DNA of 63,143 nt, the filler included, from Thraustochytrium aureum (taxonomy: Eukaryota): NCBI GenBank assembly GCA_012862495.1. It is 3 parts of one record of this genome, joined end to end, with 100 filler letters (N's around TTAATTAATTAA, not from the genome) between each part and the next. Parts side by side here need not be neighbours in the genome. Positions count along the whole stretch, not along the records: positions 42,503 to 63,143 come from BLSG01000146.1; 2 more parts are not named here. One strand, 5' to 3'. Each line of letters opens with the position of its first letter. Within the stretch, counting starts at the first letter, position 1. Below, one piece after another: positions 55,848 to 63,143 of the stretch. A program made the position numbers and the translations under genes. The notes under the pieces were generated by a model. It was not told where the DNA came from, searched no databases, and was given only the letters and a program-made list of their open reading frames with translations.

Positions 55848-58792
55848 CTAGCCGCCCGCGAGCTGCTTGAGCGCGCGCTTGATGTCGGTCTCTTTAATCA
55901 TCGCAAAGTTCTGCTTCGAGGAGGCAAACAGGCGGTTGCTGCCAGCGAGCTGCCGGTACTTGCGGAGCACCGACACGACCAAGTCCGGTTGCGAGAGGTA
56001 CATGTACTTGGACTGCCGCGTCCCCGGGTCCAGGTAGCCCTCCAGGTCGCCCGTGACGAGCAAGCTTGACAGCTGGTCAAGTTGGATGAACGAGTCGCGC
56101 AGGTCCTGCACCGTGCTCCTCTCTGCAAACTCCAAAAAGGACGTCAATGTCCTTGCGAGGCGCATACACGCTGAGCGCGTTCANNNNNNNNNNNNNNNNN
56201 NNNNNNNNNNNNNNNNNNNNNNNNNNNNNNNNNNNNNNNNNNNNNNNNNNNNNNNNNNNNNNNNNNNNNNNNNNNNNNNNNNNNNNNNNNNNNNNNNNNN
56301 NNNNNNNNNNNNNNNNNNNNNNNNNNNNNNNNNNNNNNNNNNNNNNNNNNNNNNNNNNNNNNNNNNNNNNNNNNNNNNNNNNNNNNNNNNNNNNNNNNNN
56401 NNNNNNNNNNNNNNNNNNNNNNNNNNNNNNNCCAGTGCGGCTCCTCAGACAGCTCCTCCGGCGTCCAGTCCACCGAGACGCTCCCTGCCATGAGCTGTCA
56501 ATTTTGCCGAGAATGGCGTCCATGACGCGGGACTGCGCGAGCTTTGAGGTCTGCAGGAAGTTTTCCGGCGCGGCAAGCTCCCACCAGGGCCCTCGGCTTG
56601 GTGCCAGCCGACCTGCCGTTCCCGCTCGCTGCCGAGGAGGAGGCTTGGGCAGCGCTAGCGGAGGCCGCCTCGAGCTCCTCTTGCGTGAGGCTCGCCAGCG
56701 AGCGAGCGTGGGCCTGCAGCGTTGCCCCAGCCTTGCTGAGGAACCACAGGTTGGCCCCGTACTGGCAAAGGATCTCGGCGCTGGCGTTGTCGCCCATGAT
56801 GACCTGCTCGAAAGCCGCGTTGAGGCGGTTCAAGCACATGTCCCCAATCTGGGCCGCGCACGCCGCGGAAGCCACGAACGACGACGCCGTGGACGCCGGC
56901 GTCGGGGCGCCGCCCAGGCCGTTGCCCGCCGCGCCTTGCCGCGGGTCTCGCAAGGGCAAGGTGCCGCCAAGCTGCCTGGCAAGCGAGAAGGTCTTGTCCA
57001 TGAGCGCGATGGCCGCATCGCAAACCTTGGGAACCGTGTCGGAAAACCGCGTTTCTTGGTTAGTCCCGTCCCTGGATTCGAGGTCGAGCCGCTCCAGCCC
57101 GAACCGCGCAACGGCGCGAGCGATCGGGTCATCCGGCGAGCGCGGCTCGTACGGGATGCACTTTTCCTCGTTAAGGATCTGCGACATCGTCGCCCACCCG
57201 GATGCGAGCAAGACGTCTGAAATGGCCTGCCGCTCAGCAAAGCAAATGTCCAAGAGCCGCGAGGTGTCGAGCATCTTGTTCGACGTGATGCCGAGCGCCT
57301 GGTGTATAGAAGAGTCTAGGTCTGGGGCTGCCGAGCCGACAGCGGCAGCCGCCGGCCCAGGCGGAGCGCCGTCGCTGCCGGAAGCAGCCGCAGCAGCAGC
57401 AGCCGCCGCCGCAGCGGCCCCAGGCGGCTCCTTTCGGCCCAGCAGCAGGGAAAGGCTTATGAGGAGCTGCACCAGCTCGAGCACGCGAACGTCCGCTGCA
57501 GCGCCGGCCCGAAACTCGGCTTGCAGGGCCGGCACGATCTGGTCCAGCATACCCTCCCAGAGCCCAGCGAGTTCGTACGCGGACAAAAGGCTCACAGACC
57601 TGCTCAGGCTGGCTTCGATGAGAAAAAAACCGGTGATTTTCTCCATCAGAGGGCGAACGTGCTTGGCGAACTGGCCCGGCTTGAGCCTGCTCACGTCGAC
57701 TGGGATCATGGTCTGCAACGAGGCCTGAGGGAGCCGGTTGCGCTTGTAAAAACGCGTCGCGCCTTCCTTGTCGCCCAGGTACGCCTGGATGTCCAGGTAC
57801 TGGAACACGGGCGCCAGGCTGAGCTCGCGCTTCAGGCACGCCTCGGCGATGTCCACCGCGCTCGTCGGCTCGCGGTGCTCCCAGGCGAGAACGGCGTCGC
57901 TGCTAGCCCGCGACCGCATCCGCGTGATCTTGGCCTTGTTGACCGTCCGTTTGTCCGCACTCTTGTCAGCGGGGGCGCCCGCCGCTGGACCATCCGTCGT
58001 CGCCGCGCTGCCGTCGCCGTTCTGGTCGCTCGGATCAGCCGCTGCCCGGGCTGCCACGCTTCCAGCGTGCGCCTGGCGCGCCGCAACCATGCTGAGCGCC
58101 GAAGCTCCGATCTTGCCCGCCTTTTCTCGGGCGGCCACAAACCACTCGGTGAGGCCGTCGTTCACGTTGGACCGGATCTTGTCTACGATCTGCGGTATCC
58201 ACAGCTCGAGGCGAGCGTAGAACTGGCTGGTGTTCCCCGCCTCCTCGCCAAACGCTCCGCCAAACGCTGGTGCGAAAGGCGCTGCTTCGTCGTCAATCTC
58301 GGCGGCCTGGATGCGCCGTTCGAGCCATAGCTGGCGGATGTCTTCGCCTTGGACCACCTCGCGAACCAAGTCGATGGTTTGCAGGGCTTCAAAGTAGGCC
58401 TTTCCTCGACTTGGCGCCTCGTCTTCTGCACGAGCGCGACGAGGTTGATTGCGCGCCGCAGCTCGGTTTGCGCCTGTTGCAGGTTGCGCTGGACGCGGTA
58501 AAACCGGAGCAGCGAGCCGCTGCTTTTGAGGACGGCCGCGCCCTTGTCCTGCAAGGTGGCGTCCAGCTCGCGGAGGCTCTCGCGGAGTTCGGCGGACTGG
58601 GACCGCAGCTTGATGATGTCCTGGACCCCGCCAGAGAACTCGCCGTAGTGAAAGTTGCACACGTTGCGAAGCTCGTTCTCCTTGTTGGTCATAAAGTGGT
58701 CCAGGCTGGCGCCGAACCGGTCTGCCCAGCCGCGCTCCAGCACGCTGCGCAGCGTCGGCACGATCGCGTCATCCGAGGCGACCAAGTTTGCC
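55848..58792 (-). CDS. SEC15: Exocyst subunit Sec15/EXOC6 (5' end in gap, internal gap, frameshifts at ~58402 and ~56540)
   Basis: ENELRNVCNFHYGEF, YFEALQ, ITGFFLIE, DWTPEE, FIQLDQL..LL..D..YLDP.TR..KY. Confidence 0.8.
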
Positions 58793-59316
58793 NNNNNNNN
58801 NNNNNNNNNNNNNNNNNNNNNNNNNNNNNNNNNNNNNNNNNNNNNNNNNNNNNNNNNNNNNNNNNNNNNNNNNNNNNNNNNNNNNNNNNNNNNNNNNNNN
58901 NNNNNNNNNNNNNNNNNNNNNNNNNNNNNNNNNNNNNNNNNNNNNNNNNNNNNNNNNNNNNNNNNNNNNNNNNNNNNNNNNNNNNNNNNNNNNNNNNNNN
59001 NNNNNNNNNNNNNNNNNNNNNNNNNNNNNNNNNNNNNNNNNGTCTCGCACAACGGCGACCTGCAGCTGCAGTGCTCATGGGCCGTGCACGTGCAAGCAAG
59101 CGCTGTTGTTGTGCGCGGGGCTGGCTGTCTGGCGCTGGTTTCGGTCAAGAGAGGAGAGTACGGAACGGAAGAAGTGGAGCGGGTTGGTTTGGGGCCTCGG
59201 ACGCGCCACCGCGCGCTGTGCTGACGCTCTCTATCTGCCTGTACACCGGTAGGCCTCCAGAGTGATGCTTGGGTCGAAGCAAGGTGGAGGCCGTCTTGTC
59301 AGTTGAGGCCGACTTG

Positions 59317-61400
59317 TCAGTTGTTGTCGCGAGAGAGCTCGGCTTGGGCGTCGCAACTGTTGCGGTTGTCCATGGCACTCAGGTGCGGTTCGACGATGGC
59401 CTTGAACGCGTCGTGCTGCACGCGGATCGCGGCCGCGTCGAGGGCGGCTTGGGTCCTGGGTCCAGGCGGGCAAGCGCCGCTTCGGCGGCTTCTTCGAGCT
59501 TCTCAAAGTCGGCTAGGGCGAGCTGGTCCTGAACCTGGGCCCCGCGGAGCTTGGGATTTCACAGAGTACACCAGCCCTTCAAAGTCGTTGCGAGCCTCGG
59601 CTCGCTCGCGGACACGGCTGTCCTCTTCTTGCATGGCTTGGGCCTTGAGCAGCATGGCGTTCACCTGCGCCTCGCTCAGCGTCCGCGACTCGGACGAGAT
59701 GGCCATCTCCTCGCGGCTCTTGCTGGCCGTATCCATTGCCGAGACCTGCAGGATCCCGTCTGCGTCCAGTTGAAAGGTGACTTGGATATGCGGCGTCCCG
59801 CGCGGCGCCGGTGGAATGCCTGTGAGCGTGAACGAGCCCAGCAGGGCGTTGTCGCTGGTCATGGGTCGCTCGCCCTGGAAGACGCGTATCGTGACGGCAG
59901 ACTGGTTGTCCTGGTACGTGGTGAAGAACTTGGACTTGGTGACAGGCACTGGCGCGTTGCGCTTCACGATGGGGGTCATGATGCCGCCCGCCGTCTCGAT
60001 CCCGAGTGTGAGCGGCGTCACGTCCATGTGGACCTGCATGCCGTGGCCTTGGCTCCGGCCTGAGATGAAGGCCGCCAGCTCCGCGGCGCCGCGCGCAACC
60101 GCCTCATCTGGGTCGACGCCCTCGCGCAGTGACTTGCCGCCGAAAAAGTCCTGGAGCAGCTGCCGTACCTTGGGTAGGCGCGTGGAGCCGCCAACAAGAA
60201 TGACTTGGTCGACCTCGCTCCTCTCCAGGCCGGCGTCGACGAGCACCTGGCGAACCGGGTCGAGGGTCCGCTGGAACAAGTCCGCGTTCAATTGCTCGAA
60301 GCGCGCTCGCGTGAGCGTATCAGCAAAGTCCACGCCGCGGTAGAGATTGTGCACCTCAAAGCGCGCCTCGAGTTGCGAGGATAGCAGGCGTTTGACGCGC
60401 TCGGCCTCGCGGCGCAGCAGCGTCATCGCCACGGGGTCACCAGAAACGTCATGACCGGACTGTCGCAAGAATCGCGCGGCAAAGTGCTTGATAATGCGGT
60501 TGTCAAAGTCCTCCCCGCCGAGATGCGTGTCCCCGCTGGTGGCTAAAACGTCAAATACCCCGTTGTCCAAGGTGATGAGCGTGACGTCGAACGTGCCGCC
60601 GCCGAGGTCGAAAAACGAGCACAGTTGACTCGTCCGCTCCGCGCTCCGCGGATGTGTCCACACCGAAGGCGATCGCTGCTGCAGTTGGCTCGTTGACGAC
60701 CCTCTCTACGGTGAGGCCTGCGATGCGGGCAGCGTCCTTGGTCGCCTGGCGTTGAGCGTTGTTAAAGTAGGCTGGGACTGTCACGACGGCCCGCTCGACC
60801 GGCTCGCCCAAATAGCTCTCCGCGATGCGTTTCATCTCAGCAAGAACCATCGCCGAGATTTCCTCTGGGGCGTACTGGACCTTTTGGCCGGCCACCGTCA
60901 CTTGAATCGCCGGTTTTGCCGCCGGCGTTCACGATCTCGAAGGGCAGGAGTTTGCGATCCGCTTGAACGATCTCGTCGTCGAAATCGCGTCCAATGAGCC
61001 GCTTCACGTCGAAGATCGTATTGGATGGGTTGGTGGCGGCCTGGTTCCGAGCGGCGTCGCCAATCATTCGCTCACCGGTTATCGGATCGAAGGATACCAC
61101 GGAGGGTGTGAGGCGGTTGCCCATATCGTTCAAAAGCACTTGCGCGCCGCTGTCGGTGAGAACGCTCAGCACCGTGTTGGTGGTACCGAGATCGATTCCG
61201 ATCACGTGGCGCGACTTCGAGGGGCCGGATGGTTCCGCTCGCGCGTTAACGATGAGGGCGGCAAGGCAGAGCGCGACAAAAATGCGTTTGGCGGCACATG
61301 GAAAAGACACACGCCTCGCCTTGGCCTTGCTCGCGCGTACGCGTATCTGACCAAGTCTTATGCGAGCAGCCACTTCAGCTTGCGCGATATTCTGCGGCAT
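59317..61400 (-). CDS. HSP70 with signal peptide (BiP-like); frameshifts at ~60916, ~60613 and ~59450-59540
   Basis: [16 protein letters not shown] signal, [64 protein letters not shown]. Confidence 0.85.
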
Positions 61401-61432
61401 CGGATTCGGGGAGGAGGGGCTTGGAGGCTCTT

Positions 61433-61514
61433 GGGTTCGTCTTCAGGGTTCGTCTTCAGGGTTCGTCTTCAGGGTTCGTCTTCAGGGTTCGTCTTCAGGG
61501 TTCGTCTTCAGGGT
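61433..61514. repeat. 13-bp tandem repeat x6 (gggttcgtcttca) just upstream of the HSP70 start
   Basis: Read directly. Confidence 0.9.
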
Positions 61515-62215
61515 CTGCCCGCACTGCCTTTCTCCTCAGCCGCGACCGGGCGCTCGTCTGGTGGCGCTGTTGTCCTTTTCTCTTCCAAGCTGGGGTTCAA
61601 CCTTTCAGCTGGTTTCAAACTTCAGAACAGGCTGGCAAACAGAGATTCCACAGGCTGGCAAACCTCGACGCGGGAACGAAGACGTCCGCACGCGGCAGAG
61701 CAGCTTTTTCGCGAAGGCTGGGCAGGACGCGCCAAGTCAGCACCGCTGTCGCGCCCGAGCGTGACTCGCCGCGGGCAGAGGGCGAGGGCGTCGCGGACTT
61801 TGCAGCAATCGGGGTTCTGGAGGAAGAACTCCAGAGCTGAACAGCAGTGCGCTCATCACCCATCACCCAAACAACATAGCCGACTTGGAGTAGGTACCAA
61901 CTACCGGCAGCCCATGGGTGGGTGGTAACGCTGGTAAGAGCATTGGGCAAGCGAACGTGGAGTGAGGCGAGACGGCAAGGGCCATTCGAACTGCTGCTGT
62001 CCTTCGTCCCATAACATTCGAAGCAGTCACTGTCAATCTGAGGCAGTGACAACCCTGGGAGTGTATTCCTCCGCTGCTTGCGCGAGAGGACAATGCAACA
62101 GTAGGTCGACAAAGGATTGCAGTCCCTCCGTCGCTGGCGTCGCCCTCGCCGCTGCATGCTCTGCTTTCATAGTCGACGGAAACTTGAAGAAAGCACGATA
62201 CAACACAACGGCGAC

Positions 62216-62260
62216 GTCCGGCAGAGCGTCCGGCAGAGCGTCCGGCAGAGCGTCCGGCAG
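62216..62260. repeat. 12-bp tandem repeat (cgtccggcagag), ~3.7 copies
   Basis: Read directly. Confidence 0.85.
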
Positions 62261-62422
62261 GGTTTCAAAAACGCCGCACAGCCGGTCACCAAGAGGAGGC
62301 AACCGAGCGACCAGTGCAGGGCAGCGAAGGTCGAGGGCAATAGTAGGAAAAGGAAGCGAGCAAGCAGCCCCAGCGCCATTTCAGAAGAATACGTTGGTCT
62401 TGACAAAGCCCACGCTACGTAA

Positions 62423-62764
62423 TTACCTCAAGCGGCGGGCCTCGCGCTCCCACTCAAGCAGGCACAGGACATCACCCTCCTTGATGGGGCCCTTGACGTT
62501 GCGGATGATCGAGCGGGGGTCGTTGTCCATGAACTCAACGCGGACCTGGGTCACGTTACCCGTGTTGCCGGTGCGGCCAAGGACCTTGGTCACACGGGCG
62601 AGCATAACGCTCTGCTGCGAGGAAGGGGCGTCCGCCTGCGCACCACATCACCCACACCCATACACCGTCAGCATCTCGGCCCCATCCCAGCATCCGCTCC
62701 CCTCCCCCACCCCTCCCAGCCGCCGCGCGCGCAAACCCGCCATCCCCGCGCATCCACGTACCAT
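62423..62764 (-). CDS. RPS28: 40S ribosomal protein S28 (eS28); ATG-only first coding exon, intron 62636-62761
   Basis: [37 protein letters not shown] at 62764-62762 is followed by a GTACGT donor, GCTGAC branch point and GCAG acceptor, giving in-frame [15 protein letters not shown]. Confidence 0.93.
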
Positions 62765-62781
62765 CTTGTCGCCGTGCGCTG

Positions 62782-62813
<32 letters not shown>

Positions 62814-63143
62814 AAGTCACCTCGCGTCGCTCCTCTGCTGCTGCTACTGCTCTGCCGCCGCCCATCGCTCCTCCCCTCCATCCACCTCACGACCCCGCAG
62901 ATCAGAACCCCCATCGCCCTCGAAAGACCCTCACGGGCACTCAAGAAACACCCTCGGCCACACACCGCATCGCGCCAGAGAGAAACACGCCTCGAAAAAC
63001 GCTCCAGAAGGAACACCACCACCACACGAACCACGTACCCTAACCCCGGAGAGCGGAGAAGGGTTCTTGGATCGTTTGCTCTTGGATCGATCGTTTGTTC
63101 GTTTTCGCTCACTCGTTCGTTCTGTTCCTCGTGTTCATTCTTT

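Noticed and set aside
63034..63046. ACCCTAACCC telo-box-like motif upstream of RPS28
   Set aside because: Single imperfect match, insufficient to call

Overview
GC-rich, intron-poor, gene-dense eukaryotic draft assembly. The gene set (plant-type DapB, PH-domain myosin, EsV-1-7 repeat protein, calcyphosin-like protein, phosphagen kinase) suggests a stramenopile protist, possibly a labyrinthulomycete/thraustochytrid; this placement is inference. The window has many N gaps and two artificial 100-nt linkers (N44-TTAATTAATTAA-N44), so it is probably three joined scaffolds. Many genes carry 1-nt frameshifts in short homopolymers, most likely sequencing errors. Recognisable genes: TTC27/EMW1, polo-like kinase, PH+F-BAR protein, prominin/tweety-like 5-TM protein, LRR protein, DapB, HECT E3 ligase, myosin, two ankyrin proteins, two convergent WSCD-type sulfotransferases, CDK5RAP3/C53, calcyphosin-like, phosphagen kinase, COG3, SEC15, a BiP-like HSP70 and RPS28. 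The standout is an apparent circularly permuted tRNA-Arg(CCU) gene at 12232-12314 (minus strand). Its 3' half lies upstream of its 5' half, split at position 37/38, with complementary leader/trailer and an oligo-T terminator.
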